A stretch of DNA of 57,850 bases, counting the filler, from Sphacelaria rigidula (lineage: Eukaryota), in the NCBI GenBank assembly GCA_964200075.2. It is 7 parts of 7 records of this genome, joined end to end, with 100 filler letters (N's around TTAATTAATTAA, not from the genome) between each part and the next. Parts side by side here need not be neighbours in the genome. Positions count along the whole stretch, not along the records: positions 8,280 to 16,458 come from CAXNAA020012010.1; positions 16,559 to 24,737 come from CAXNAA020012011.1; positions 24,838 to 33,016 come from CAXNAA020012012.1; 4 more parts are not named here. One strand, written 5' to 3'. The position numbers were made by a program, and so were the translations under genes. Below, one piece after another: positions 13,123-25,346 of this stretch. Positions within the stretch are counted from its first letter, which is position 1, and the number at the start of each line of letters is the position of its first letter. Under the pieces are notes generated by a model that was not told the origin of the DNA, searched no databases, and saw only the letters and a list, made by a program, of their open reading frames with translations.

Positions 13123-13435
13123 CAGACCCGCTTCCTTGCTCTGGAGCTCCAAGTCTAATCGCTTTCATGGCCTCCCCACGATACTCTAGTTCCCAACTCA
13201 GCCGTCCCGAGCGCGAGGCCACCTTAGTCTCCGTGCGAGAGGCGAATGGTAGTCATGTGCACGCCATAAGAGGGGTATCTGGTCTTGTGTACTCAAGCCT
13301 CAACAACGATCTGTCCCATTTCTTATCGTAATATATAGTCGCAGCGCGCTAGGGTGGTGTAAGCAAAACATCGCAGTAGATCCCCAAGCACAAAAAATTC
13401 CACCGCATTTTGTTGTAGTTTCGTCCCGTGCTCAA

Positions 13436-13553
13436 CCCTTTTGGAACCCATTGACAATGTTTGTTTTTGTTAATCGACATCATTTTGACTTGAAAATTAT
13501 TGAAAATGATGCCGATTCACAAAAATGAACATCGGCAATGGGTTCCAAAAGGG
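13436..13553. mobile_element. 118-bp palindromic MITE (piggyBac-like CCC ends)
   Basis: CCCTTTTGGAACCCATTG...CAATGGGTTCCAAAAGGG, ~52-bp arms; flanks TCAA/TTGA (each one mismatch from TTAA). Confidence 0.75.
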
Positions 13554-14962
13554 TTGATAAAATCGGTACATTATCGGCACACGTTGTTTTCTCTTGTAGT
13601 ACATTGAGAGCTGTCGGAGCATACGCATGGCGATCTCCCGATCACAGGGATATGTCTACTTGGCGATATTTCGCCGCGGTTCTCAAGATATGTTCGATGG
13701 AAGTTTTTTTATGGTCAAGGGCGGCCCAACTCGTATGGGAACGAGAGAGTATTGGTACATTCGTGTCGCTGATTTCTGATATCAATACATCGCGATATAT
13801 TATCGGTACCAAGACACAGCTCTAATATATGTCGTAGTTTATGAAAAAAAATATCGATAGGACAATACTCGGAAGATTACTCGCAATATCCCTCAAAGCA
13901 GGCATTAACGTTTTGCGGTAAATGTATATATATATATCCAATAAATCACGTCTGGGCGCTGTCTGGACTGAGCAGTCCGTACTCGGGTGTAAACATATGT
14001 AAATAAAGCGTCTCTTGTATGAAGCAACTGTGGCAGATCCGTGTTTTGAACGAAATATCAGCGCGCGGGTAGGGGGTGGGGAGAGGTGGGGAGAGCTCCT
14101 GAGGGAAAAGTTACGAGCCTCCGTGATATGCATTGCAGTCCACTGTGTCCACTGGTGTGTACAGTAGGCATGCCTAGTCGCACGAGATTACCGATCCGTT
14201 CGCTCTGCTGGTGGGGGCGTCGCGTATTCGCGAGTGGTGAGGATGGGGGACGGGGGAGCGGGGCGTGCTGTTATCTGTGCGCGTGTAGGTGGGTGTGTAC
14301 GTGTGTGTTTCACCTTATATGGTACGGTACATACTGCACTGCGGTACGTAGAAAGGATGCTCCAGGAAGTAAAAGCTACGGGGCAGCCGCGATTTCGCGA
14401 TCAATACATGTACTCAAGAGAATCAAGCTGAAGATGGCATACGTCGTAGAAATTGGTTCAGCTGTCCGCTCTTTAATCCTGCAGTCGCGGTGGAGCGGAG
14501 GTCCTCCCCGTCAAAACGGTTCTTCCTGTTTATAACAAGCGGCTAGAGAGTGCGGCTGCCACCGTCTGGTGCGTCGGAGGCTTTTGCGCCGCACACGCGC
14601 GGCGGCCACGCGCCCTCTATCTCCCCGCCCGCTCAGTATAACACCCCCCCGCCACCCCCCCCGCGCCCCTTGCCCTCCCTCGTTGACGTGGATTTGTAGT
14701 TGTCAGTCACCCCACCCCCAAAAAACGTCAAATGGACCAAAACACGTGTGCGCGTACTCTATTTTACTGACGATGAATTCATTTCGACATGAGAAACAGG
14801 AAAGACGATATCTGGAATATATCTAGAGTGAAACCAACACCATGGACAAATTAAATATCTCAATGCTACAACCCGACAGCAGACAGAGTAGTGAACATGC
14901 CGTGTCACCGAGTGCACCGACAGGTCACCACAGGCGAACGTATACGATATCGCGAAACGTAC

Positions 14963-15143
14963 CTTTCATGCTGAAGTTATTGCAGCGGACAACTCGTGCA
15001 AGTTCGGTAGCAGCGAAGGCTGCAAGTGGCCTTGGCCCGTGGGAAGTCGACATCAACGCTACGCCGGTGAAGCCCTGGCCGCCGGCGCAGGCGAGACAGA
15101 AGACTAAGGCAGCGCCAGCAGCAGTGCCCGGAGCAAACCTCAT
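14963..15143 (-). CDS. First exon encoding a signal peptide plus transit-peptide-like leader (possibly exon 1 of the Tic20 gene)
   Basis: MRFAPGTAAGAALVFCLACAGGQG-FTG...NNFSMK; donor AAG|GTACGT; phase 1, compatible with the acceptor at 9969. Confidence 0.6.
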
Positions 15144-16006
15144 GACTACGCGAAGAGGGTCTACGATCTAGCAGTACAGTCGATCAGTCTGTCAGCCAGC
15201 CTTCGGGAGCGTGTGCTCGTGAATATCCGTTTCGCAATACGACACCGCAACAGCAACACAAACAATGCGGTAACCACGCCAATAGAAAGCCACAAGAATA
15301 TGATGGGTGATCTCTCGTGGCCTCAGGTAGATATCTGACCCACGCAGAGCACGAACAGCAAGGGCAGTACTGACTGTGCAGGACCAAGTCCAGCTGCGAG
15401 AAGGTCAATCTAAATTGGAAAATGGCGATTTGCTTCGCACTTGAAATCATTTTCCATTCCCCTCGAAGCGGGGCCCTCGCCAGCCATCGAGCCGGGGAGC
15501 ACAGTGTTGAAGGGGCACTGCCACACAGTGATTATATCGTTGAAATTCATCTTTTCAAGGACTAAGGTAGGGGTTTGATCTTGAAAGAATTCGTACGGGT
15601 TGAGAAAGGGCGGCTCTGCGCGACTTGCCGGCCTGCAGAGTGCACCCAGGCGTAGGACAGCTGCAACCAGGGCGGCCATCCTACGTCTAGCAGAGTGGCT
15701 GGGGCTTGGACAGAGAGGTGGAAACTTCAGGAGGGAGGGAGTGAAAAGGAGGTGTAGAAAGACCTAGTTCCGACAGGGAGGACTGGCAAGGATTATTTTC
15801 AAGGAAGACACATCGTATCCGTTGGTGTGACTGCTGCGGCACCCCTTTGCTGTGTTTGAAAAGGCATCCTTAAGCAGCCAGCCGGTACGTGGGCTTCGCG
15901 TCTCTGTGGACGGACTCCTTGCCGACCGGATAGGGGCAACGGTAATACAAACAGCATAGGGGGCAGAGAGGGGGGAAGGAGTGCCTAGTCTAAATTTTCA
16001 AAAACA

Positions 16007-16197
16007 ATGGCGGGGTCTCTGGGACAGGACATCACGGAGTTCCTGCAAAACGAAAACGATGTGGAGTTTGAAGAGGAGATATCGCGCAATCCCCACAGAC
16101 TCAAGTCGTGGTGGCGGTATCTGTTGGCCAAGGAGGGGGCGAGGCGCAGGACTCGAAACGTAATCCACGAGCGTGCGCTGAAGTTCCTGCCCAACAG
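16007..16197 (+). CDS. SYF1: First exon of pre-mRNA splicing factor SYF1/XAB2 (rest lies beyond the contig end)
   Basis: DVEFEEEISRNPHRLKSWWRYL...RNVIHERALKFLPN(S) matches the conserved SYF1 N-terminus D..YEEEI.RNP...K.W.RY.....N..YERALK.LP.SYKLW; ACAATGG start context; donor AG|GTTTGT. Confidence 0.92.
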
Positions 16198-16458
16198 GTT
16201 TGTGCGCCGTGTGTGTGTATGTGTATGTGTTTGTGTTGGTGTTTGTGGCGCAATTGCCCGATGCTCATTTCTTGTCCTCGTACCGGTAACCCTTTGAGTG
16301 CAAAGTACTCATGTACAAGTACTTTACGTGTATGGGCATATCTTTGATCAAGACCATGTTCTTGAGATTTTCGAGTTAACCAACACTGGTTAACCCTTTT
16401 GGGACTGGGCCTCCAGAACGACCAACGAGGCTTGTTAGGAATGACGTGTCCTGCATAT

Positions 16459-16558
16459 NNNNNNNNNNNNNNNNNNNNNNNNNNNNNNNNNNNNNNNNNN
16501 NNTTAATTAATTAANNNNNNNNNNNNNNNNNNNNNNNNNNNNNNNNNNNNNNNNNNNN
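16459..16558. other. Artificial contig linker
   Basis: Same 100-nt linker. Confidence 0.99.
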
Positions 16559-17420
16559 TTTTGCACTGCCTCATGGGTGTCTCACCATAGAACCACTACG
16601 CAGTGCGATCATCCCCATTGTGCGGAGTTGAGGTTCTCCCACGCCGCACGACATGATCTACCTCGACTACCATCATGGTTACCGGGATTTTCCGGGGGGG
16701 GGGGGGGGTCGTACTTCTACACTAAAACGAAGTGATGACACTAACACAGGGCAGTGCGGAAAAAAACGGGAAGGAGTGTACATACTACAATGCGGTCATT
16801 TTCCGAGGCACTAAAACCAGGTGGCCCGTGGAAAGACAAAAGGAGTTGCCGTCATGAATTCTGCTCATCCCTCTGCCGATGACAGTAGTGTGCAGTCAAC
16901 ATGTAGTGGGCGGGGATGAAGAAGCGGTACACAGGCAGTTCGTCTCGGTAGCTGAGAATTGCCCAGAATGTGCAAGGGAATATGCAGCGGCAGCTGCTGC
17001 TGCACGTACTATACTGTTGTATGGATGCGCGCCGCAACGCTGATACCCTTCGAAGAGAATTTGCCGCATGCAACAAAGGGGGAAATGGTGGCCCACCCCG
17101 ACCACAAAGGGCTGTATGGCAACGTGATGGAGACAATAATATCATCCAAAGCCACAAACGGTAGGCGACCCGCCGGTCGGCCCATCCTGTCGGAAGTTCT
17201 CTGCCGCGACCCACACTGCTTGCTACATCAGATGTACACGACCTAATGCGCACCCTGCACCTGAAAATAGATTGGATGATACTTTCGGTCTTCGTCGTAA
17301 CCCTGCGGTTACATACGCGGATTTTCAGCAACACGCCATTGTTTCGTGCAGACGCCAGACACGTCATTCCCAACCAGCCTCATTGGTCATTCTGAAAGCC
17401 CGGTCCTAAAAGGGTTAATA

Positions 17421-18009
17421 CGAGCTGGGTCAGCCAAGGATGGGTAGTTTTTTCGCTCAGGCGACCCACAGCGTATAATGAGGAGTTGGACGCTGAAATT
17501 TCGACAGCAACTGATTATGATCGACATGCAGCACATGACGAGAGCAGCAAAGACAAAAAAAGGGAGGTTTTCGGGATGTGAACTTTCGGCAAAAACAAGA
17601 AGGTGTCTTGAGTCAAGGAAAAAACGAGAATCTGCAGCTGCTCCCGTGATGTATCATTTCCCTGCGTGCAGGAGGTCCCCGTCAAATTTCAGCTCAAGAG
17701 TCGGCGAATTGGGCCGTGCGTGCAACGTTTTGCGTGACACTGCTGCACCCCTATAATTCAAGTCATGAGAGACTCCAATCATGGAGGTCATGAGTTCAAA
17801 TCCCGACAGATTCTCTTCTTTTTTTTCCGTCCGTCGTTGAGGTTATATATTATGCAGTACATTTTTTTTCTTCTTCATTCAGCGGCGGTGCCGTGTGTTA
17901 CCAGGTTGGTCTGCACTTCACAGTGATATGCTTACATCGGGTTCATTCGGGAAAATGGGAAAGCTGTAGTGTGGACAACGTTTGGCCGCTTTTAAGCTGG
18001 CCCAGCTCG
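17421..18009. mobile_element. Non-autonomous Tc1/mariner-like element (TA TSD)
   Basis: TA-CGAGCTGGGTCAGC ... GCTGGCCCAGCTCG-TA; the same TIR occurs at 49994, 51787 and 30524-30537. Confidence 0.7.
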
Positions 18010-19421
18010 TAGTGCGTCCTCAGATGTGTTGAGGAAGGTACAGCCACGATAGAACAATAGTTCCCGACGGAAGTCCATCTATTGTACCAGTGGAGGAACT
18101 GCGAGAGTTTCCAGTGCTGGAGACGTGGGGACTGATGTGGGTGAAGATACTGCCCTGCACGTACAGCAGCTGTAATGGAGAAATGCAGCTGGTACGATGC
18201 AACAGCCGTTGCGGATTGGAAAGACAAGGCCAAATCCCATGTAGACGGGGACGGGATGAAGTTTTTCAGAGGGAGAAGGGAGGGGGTCGTTCTACTCGAA
18301 GCTTGCTGACAAGCGAGGAGGAGATGGCATCGCGGTCGCATGAGTGGAGAAGCTGGCAAAGGCGTGAAAGGAAGTACCAGCGGAACGGATGGGAGAAGCG
18401 GCAAAAAGAGCCATCGGGTCGGCTTTTGTGGTTCGATTTCTGTCTCTGGCAAAGGCTGCCGAAAAATAGATTCAGGCCAGTTTCTGTGTCTCTGGCGGAG
18501 GCGGCAAAAAAGGGAAGGAGCGTTGATTTCGCGGAGAGTCACCGCGCTGTCGTCATGCTTGCAGGACTGTCTGCATCACTTCTATTAATAGTGGGGGGGG
18601 ACATTGTGCGAGCAAGAGAAAACCCTTCGAGAGCTTGGGGTTGGTGTTGTGGGCTCGCCCATTTATTTATTTTTTCCTTGATGGAAGGAGGAAACCCAAC
18701 CCAACACTTACCTCGCTGGCGACCGCAACGATCGCGAGCGAGTTCGTGTGCCGATTACCCGAAGGGAGCCCATGTCCGGGTTGGGAGCTAGGTGTGACCC
18801 GTGTTGGAGGTAATACAATCTAGGTGAGCGGTTCGTGAGCAGGCAGGTATCCTCAAGTCGTGTTTGATATGGCAAGTGGAGCTCACCCGATTCTGGGTTG
18901 GGAATTTCCGATCACCGGTAAACGCAGCAAACGCGAAAATTACCTCGTATGAAGAGACGGAAGGAACATCGGACACACGGTTGGAGGAGCTGATGGGACT
19001 TGGCCCGGTATGCGTAGGGACGGATGATCTGTCATCGAAGAATGACTGGAATGTGACTATCGCAAGGTGTCAAATGCGGGGCTTTTCTGGAGTCCTTGGT
19101 GTAGCTCATAATAGCGTCCCTATAGGCTCGCGTTTTTGAAGTTGGAAAGTTCGCGAAAAAACAGGGAGTCAACGCAAGGGCCAATTCAAAATGTGACCCA
19201 GGCGTGTGTGTTAAGCGATGATGCATGACGTCTCCGAAGAGCGAAGTACGACGCCATCACCCAAGGCTTTATCAGAGTACAACCTATGCTCGACTTGGAG
19301 GGTCGTGAAGTGTAAAACTGTCACTTCAGGGTAGCCAAACGAAAGTAATGCTCGGGAGAGTTTAGCCTACAACGTGGCTTTCAGAGGGGGCGGAACTTGG
19401 TCAGAGAAAAAATCCGCCTAA

Positions 19422-19523
19422 CCCTTATACCGCGAGAGTAGGTCCACTGCTGAATCGGCATAAACTTTCTCTTGAAACAAGTATGCGTGATCCAGACGGA
19501 CTACCCGCACCGCGGTCTAAGGG
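19422..19523. mobile_element. ~100-bp piggyBac-type MITE
   Basis: CTAA-CCCTTATACCGCG...CGCGGTCTAAGGG-TTAA; homologous to 25231-25328. Confidence 0.8.
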
Positions 19524-20340
19524 TTAAGCCTAAAGCGTAGGAAAGTACTCGTATGATGATGTCATTACGCAATGTTTTTGTGAGATTGTGAGTAGAGCGT
19601 TGATTGAGAGTGGGTTTCATCATTTGCTTAAACTCGACCAATTTTTCATCCTTTGCGTGTTTTCTTTGTAACACTGGCGTGTGCGTACAGCTAAACGTCG
19701 ATATCCTACTCAGGGATATCAAGGGTTTCAGTGGCAAGCTACAACAGGAAGCGTATCGGAGGGGCATTTCGGAACTGAAACTAATCATTCATTTGCTTAC
19801 TGCTTCTCGCTCTCAATCGTTCTCTCTACTATCCATCTCACGAAAACATCGTGCTTCTTGGATGGGCTATGTTTGACGGCAACGCTCGCTAGAGTGTAGA
19901 CTGCGCTGTGCGTAAGTTGGGATATTGAGCAAGGTTTGGCAAAACGAGACTTACGTTCGAGCTAGAAGGTAGTGGAGTGTATTGCTGCACCGTGCTTTTC
20001 AAGGGTTGGTCAAACACCAGGGACGATCGTGTAGAGGGTAAACGTCTTGTGGCCTGTTTGTGTTTTTTCATCACCTGGTGTGCTGACGATGCTGTAGTAT
20101 CATGTACATTGATCATAGGTGTATCTAATGCAATTAGGAATATATGTAGTAGTCTTTGGCTGACTGGAGCTCGTCAAGTATAAACATCTGAACTGAAATC
20201 TGTCAAACGAGTCGGATATGCGGAGTTGCCTGTTGATGTATACCAGCTACATCTTGTCCGAACAAGACAAGGATTGTGTGCTTGCTATGACGGCATTTGT
20301 GTCCGTACTGTACAGCTTGCTGGCGAGGCAGCTGTGGTAC

Positions 20341-20680
20341 TGTGTGTGTGTTGTCGTTCCATCCATTCTGGACGCCGGTGTACATCTTTCGGTATACGTG
20401 GGCGCACCAGCCAGGATCACACAGGAGGAGGGCCAACACATGAGTTGTTTGTTAGTACTCTACCTTCCTTCTGCGGTGCTTGCCTTTTCCTCTTTATCGC
20501 GAGAGGGACTAGCAGTCCCTTCATCTCGTCGACCGCAAAGTCGAAATTTTGTGTACCCACGACATAGTTGCTCTCTGCTGTTGGGCATGAGAAAAAATCT
20601 CACATCTCTCCGAGATTTGAACCCACGACCCAACCGTCAGAAGGTTTCGAGGTTACCAACTAAGCCACCGGGGCGATTGG
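20341..20680 (-). mobile_element. tRNA-derived SINE copy
   Basis: Reverse complement of the 2644-3013 family, including head and (CA)n tail. Confidence 0.85.
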
Positions 20681-21385
20681 CTAGTACTTCATGTTCTAAA
20701 TCCCCCCGGGAACACCAAAGTACTAGATTTATGCCCACATGTTCGGATCTTCAGACCTGTAAATATTCTCCCGAGGAGAGATGGAATGAGCGCCATATAT
20801 CATTTGTTCCCATTGCTCTGGAGTTGTGCAGTGTCGTGAAAATATCCAGAATCCGGTCAAACGTAAAACTGGGCGTACACACAATCGGAAAAGTGCGCTA
20901 GAATCCTCGTGAAAAAATTAGCCAGTCTTTCCGAGGAGGCTAAATCCGCCAAGGCCCGTATTCCGCCAATCATCCGTGATGAAAGTTTCAAAAGGGAAGT
21001 TCTCAGATAGTTTTTTTCAGTCTATAAGAGGCAGCCTTGGAGGACGAGGGTAGGCCATCTGTTGAACGGGCATCAGGTTCACCTGAAAAAGGTATGCATG
21101 ATGCAGATGGACCACCCTCGCGGTCGAAGGGCTGACGGGATTCGCACGTACACAACACATGTCTACCGTGCCTGTTTGCGGCGCAGGGTACTTGCAGCTA
21201 TCATCTCTGTGAATTGTGTGGTATTTTTGCTGAGCCTGTGTACAGGATGATCATGCAGAATTTCCGTGTCGTGATTGAAAACTGCAGAGAATGCTAGACG
21301 AAAGTAGGATCCCATCGATGAATTTGGTGGTCATGTGTATTTATCGTTCTCAGGTTGGTCGTAATTGCGTATATCTGCGAGGTTG

Positions 21386-21967
21386 TAAAGTTGTGTTCCG
21401 TAGGGCACAGGTATGTTTGGTAGGGTATGAAATTATTTACAGAACTTACAGAAATATCGGGTACCGGTATGAAAGTCTTACAGAAATTACAAAACTGTCG
21501 GGTAACGGTTTGAAAATCTTACAGAAATTATAGAACTTGTCGGGTACGGCATGGGAGGCTTACAGAAAAACCGTACCGGCCATCGGGTATTTATTCAAGA
21601 GCATTTCCGTGCTCCGGGTACGGGTGAACATAATGTACAGAACTCACAGACCTGTTGGGCAAAGGTATAGGAGGCTTACAGAACTCAAAGAAACTGTCGG
21701 GTAGGGTATAGAGGTTGCACAGAGAACCGTACCTGCAACCGGGTATCTTACCAAGAGTATACCCGTGCTTCCCGGTAACGGTACGGGAGGGTTACATACC
21801 TCACAGAACGATCGGGTAAGGGTATGAAAGTCTTACAGAGAGTACAGAAGTGTTGGGTACGGGTATGGAAGTATTACAGAAGTCACAGAACTGTCGAGTA
21901 CGGTAACTAACCGGGAAAATACCGCGGGTGGATATACACAAAACCGTACCCTACAAAACACGACCTT
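21386..21967. repeat. Minisatellite-containing element, copy 1
   Basis: Many degenerate ~35-40 bp units (ACAGAA(C)TGTCGGGTA(C/A)GG(G)TAT); imperfect terminal inverted match; direct-orientation copy at 22660-23141. Confidence 0.8.
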
Positions 21968-22132
21968 GGTATTATCATCACCCCCATGGGACCACGCCAC
22001 TACAGTGACGAACTACAGAGTACAGTTAACGACAACTCTGAACGGCTTCACGGGGTTGATAGAGAAAGACTACACGAACAATCGCAGTAGTACATGTACA
22101 CGGGATCGTCAGCATCTATCGGCTTCACGTAC

Positions 22133-22377
22133 TCTCCCACAGAGTAATGAAGGAGCATTCACGGCTGCCTGCTCTCTGGAAGCCCTTCGGCACGGCAAAA
22201 TCGTCGACGGCCTTGACAACTTCCAGTGGCAGCTCATACTCTTTGCTGTGCATGTCGATAACGGCCTGGGGTTTGATGACCACGACACAACCATCATCAA
22301 CGTCGATGGCGTGCGTCTTGCTACTTGATCCCCTGGTGGAACAGATGAACCGCCTCCGCTCGAGCCACCACTCGAGT
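22133..22377 (-). CDS. Candidate internal exon, unknown product
   Basis: Stop-free 81 codons LEWWLERRRFICS...KTHAIDVDDGCVVVIKPQAVIDMHSKEYELPLEVVKAVDDFAVPKGFQRAGSRECSFITLWE between CCCCCAG| and GA|GTACGT; no family recognised. Confidence 0.4.
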
Positions 22378-22659
22378 CTGGGGGTGATTCATCCTGACGG
22401 TCTGCAGTGCTGTTCATGTGTCGCGTTTCCACTCTGCCGTACCTCGTATCCTGACATATTACAAACTTGAGAACTTTCCAACATTGAATTTGTGTTGGTG
22501 TGCAGTTCTGAATGAAGCAGTTGAGTGAGTTGATTCATGGGAGGAGCATATTCAGGTCATGGTGTTGTGTTTGGATTGAACCTATAATCATGCTTCCCCA
22601 AGATAAATACCTGCGCTCATACTTGCAATCGGGTATATCTTCAACGGTATACCCTAACC

Positions 22660-23141
22660 CCGGGTAAGGGTATGGGAGGCTTACAGAGCTCACAGAACCA
22701 TTGGGTATTGGTACTGTCGGGTACGGTATGGGAGGCGTACATAAAAACCGTACCGGCCATCGGGTATTTATTCAAGAGCATACCCGCGCTCCGGGTACGG
22801 GTAAACATAGTGTACAGAACTCACAGAACTGTCGGGTAAGGGTACGGGAGGTCTACAGAACTCACAGAACCTGTCGGGCAGGGTATAGAGGTTGCACAGA
22901 GAACCGTACCCGCAACCGGGTATCTTACCAAGAGTATACCCGTGCATCCCGGTAATGGTACGGGAGGGTCACAGAACTCACAGAACTATCGGGGAAGAGT
23001 ATGACAGTCATACAGAGAGTACAGAAGTGTCGGGTACGGGTATGAAAGTCTTACAGAAGTCACGGAACTGTCGAGTACGGTAAATAACCGGGAAAATATC
23101 CCGGGTATACAGAAAACCGCACCCTACAGGTCACAACCTCG
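22660..23141. repeat. Minisatellite-containing element, copy 2 (left-truncated)
   Basis: Collinear with 21540-21967, e.g. CCGTACCGGCCATCGGGTATTTATTCAAGAGCAT is identical. Confidence 0.8.
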
Positions 23142-23146
23142 GTTTA

Positions 23147-23431
23147 CCACTTGGTAGGTATGGAACTTTCTCGGAAGTTTCCGACTTCGAACAACTCTAA
23201 CCCTGACCCTAACCCTCACCCCAACGACGGCATACCGAGAATCCTCGGGCAAGGGGAGTGCAAAGTGTTACCTAGGCAAAGTGTGCGTTGCCGGACCTCA
23301 AATCGACGCCGCAGGCGTCGATTGAGACTATAAGGCGTTCTGCGGACGCCAGGAGCACAACACTCATTAAAGATCCGGATTTCGGTGTCCACACTATAAC
23401 CAAGTCGGACAGTTCCGTACCTACCAAGTGG
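23147..23431. mobile_element. 285-bp MITE (TA TSD) carrying CCCTAA-like repeats
   Basis: TA-CCACTTGGTAGGTATGGAACT ... AGTTCCGTACCTACCAAGTGG-TA; relatives at 24983-25346 and ~1245-1410. Confidence 0.85.
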
Positions 23432-23748
23432 TACACTCTACTGATATCTGCGGATTAATCCCATGTGGAGGGATGTTTGTGATTGAACAAATGGAGTAAA
23501 TTGCTACCGTTCGTACAACAGTAGTGACTGCTGCATTTTTTCGTGGTATAGACGGATTCTTGGAATGCTCTGTTACATTGATGCAGAGTTACGGCGTTCA
23601 CATGGTGGTTGTGTACATTAGTCCGTGCGTAATATTTCATATCATGTTCCTCCACAACTGAGCTGCTTGCTACTGGGCAAAATGACTTATCTCCTATAAC
23701 CTGCGGTGTGCGCAAAATTAGTGGACGGAATATCTCAACATGCGGTAC

Positions 23749-23911
23749 CTCGTAGTAGACAGGTTGCTTGAATCTTTCCATCACGATGTCAGTCTTCTTG
23801 ATGAGCTGTCGAACAAGATGGCGCCCGCCCCTTACCCTCAGACACACGAACGAACGGCTCTTGTCCTCGTTCACCAAAATATCGTAGCCGCTGACGACGG
23901 ATGCGGTGAAT
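23749..23911 (-). CDS. USB1: Internal exon of U6 snRNA phosphodiesterase USB1/Mpn1
   Basis: RFTASVVSGYDILVNEDKSRSFVCLRV..G...V..LI...D.VM.RFKQPVYYE fits the USB1 motif N.DK.R.F..L.V..G......D..M..F..P.YY just before the second HxS; acceptor TCAG|, donor GAG|GTACC. Confidence 0.85.
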
Positions 23912-24737
23912 CTGATCATGATACAACACACAGCATTGGACGAGATATGCATGTCTGACATCTGCATCCAATCGTCTCGGCGAGGTAGTGAACACCTACG
24001 CACATCTGTACTTGCTGACGCTTGAATTATTTACTACTATTATTTCCGCACATTAAGTGCGATCTCTCGAACCCGTGGTCACAGACGTGGGCTCGTCTTT
24101 CCAATCCTGTCCCTGCTTTTCCTTACACGACACATCATTTTTTCGGCGACTCCAGACTACAAAACAGAAGAGAAATCAACAACAGCCGGTCATCGAAATT
24201 GAGGACGGAGCTTTTCATTGAGGATGAAGGGGCCCTGAAACGGCGCGCGGAAAGTGCCCATATATATTTCCCCCCGAATAGTCCGGTTCCCAAAGGTGTC
24301 CATAAAAGGAGTAGTAGAGAGAGATTCGAATTCTCAGGGTCCAACCGGATCGCTCAAATGGTTGTGTCACCCATAACTGGTGGTCGGGATCGTTCTATAT
24401 ATGAATGCAGGCCAGGGCCTGGATTTGAATTTCAAACAAACAAAAGGGTCTTTTAAAACTCAGAGTTCAGGTTTTTGACCCGGTACAAACGCAGCATTGT
24501 TTTTCAGCGGTCGATTTTAATATAAAATAGTAATAGGAGTTATGATGAGCGGCGAGTTGGATTATAAAAAATAGCGAAGAGGGGTAACGCCGGCTTTTGA
24601 GTTTCGGGCGGTCGGTCGGATCGAAATTAACTCTAGACGGCTTCAGGACACCTTTGAGTTTTGCGGTGGCCGCAGCTTTTTTTTTTTTTGCCAAACTCGC
24701 ATTTTTATCCGCGAACTACCGAAGTATTTTCGTGGAA

Positions 24738-24837
24738 NNNNNNNNNNNNNNNNNNNNNNNNNNNNNNNNNNNNNNNNNNNNTTAATTAATTAANNNNNNN
24801 NNNNNNNNNNNNNNNNNNNNNNNNNNNNNNNNNNNNN
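24738..24837. other. Artificial contig linker
   Basis: Same 100-nt linker. Confidence 0.99.
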
Positions 24838-24907
24838 GGGAATCGAACCCCCCAACTCAACCATCAGAAGGTTACGAGGTTACCAACTGAGCCACCGGGG
24901 CGACCGG
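24838..24907 (-). mobile_element. tRNA-SINE head (cut by contig start)
   Basis: Reverse complement CCGGTCGCCCCGGTGGCTCAGTTGGTAACCTCG...GGTTCGATTCCC. Confidence 0.8.
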
Positions 24908-24982
24908 CTGATGCGGCGGTTTTTAAAAGATCAAATGCCTCTTGCCCCATCAATCTGCTGTACATCACTGGAGGTCAGTTCA

Positions 24983-25346
24983 CCACTTGGTGGGGGTGAG
25001 AAATTTCTCGGAAATTCATAACTTCGAATAACCCTAACCCTTACGAAGGCATAACGGGGACCTTCGGGCAAAGGGGGCGCAAAGTGTTCCCTAGGCAAAG
25101 TGTGCCTTGCCCGACCTCAAATCGGCGCCCCGGGCGCCGATGTAGACAAAAAAGCGTTTTGCGCACGTTAGGAGGACGGCATTTCCATCAAATATCCGGA
25201 TTTTTGGGATTTGGCCCACACAAAATTTAACCCTTAGACCGCGAGGGTAGTCTTCCTGGATCATGCATACTTTTTTCAAGTGGAATTGGTGCCGATTCAA
25301 CAGGAAGACTAACCTCGCGGTCTAAGGGTTAAGTAACTACCAAGTG
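24983..25346. mobile_element. Second copy of the CCACTTGGT MITE, interrupted by a piggyBac-type MITE
   Basis: Collinear with 23147-23431; right end resumes after 25332 (CTACCAAGTG). Confidence 0.75.
25231..25328. mobile_element. 98-bp piggyBac-type MITE
   Basis: TTAA on both sides; 28-bp TIR CCCTTAGACCGCGAGG(G/T)TAGTCTTCCTG with 1 mismatch; diverged copies near 21036-21131 and 26504-26580. Confidence 0.92.

Noticed and set aside
16390-17418. Apparent TIR pair TTAACCCTTTT...AAAAGGGTTAA spanning a linker
   Set aside because: The ends lie on different contigs; treated as two members of one family rather than one element
18090-18791. 233-aa ORF and overlapping 199-aa antisense ORF
   Set aside because: No recognisable motif, composition of a chance ORF, no convincing splice structure
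20218-20901. 227-aa ORF and recurring peptides such as DLNPRPNRQKVSRLPT and KGRSSRVYS
   Set aside because: Translations of SINE/MITE sequence; recurrence reflects repeat copies
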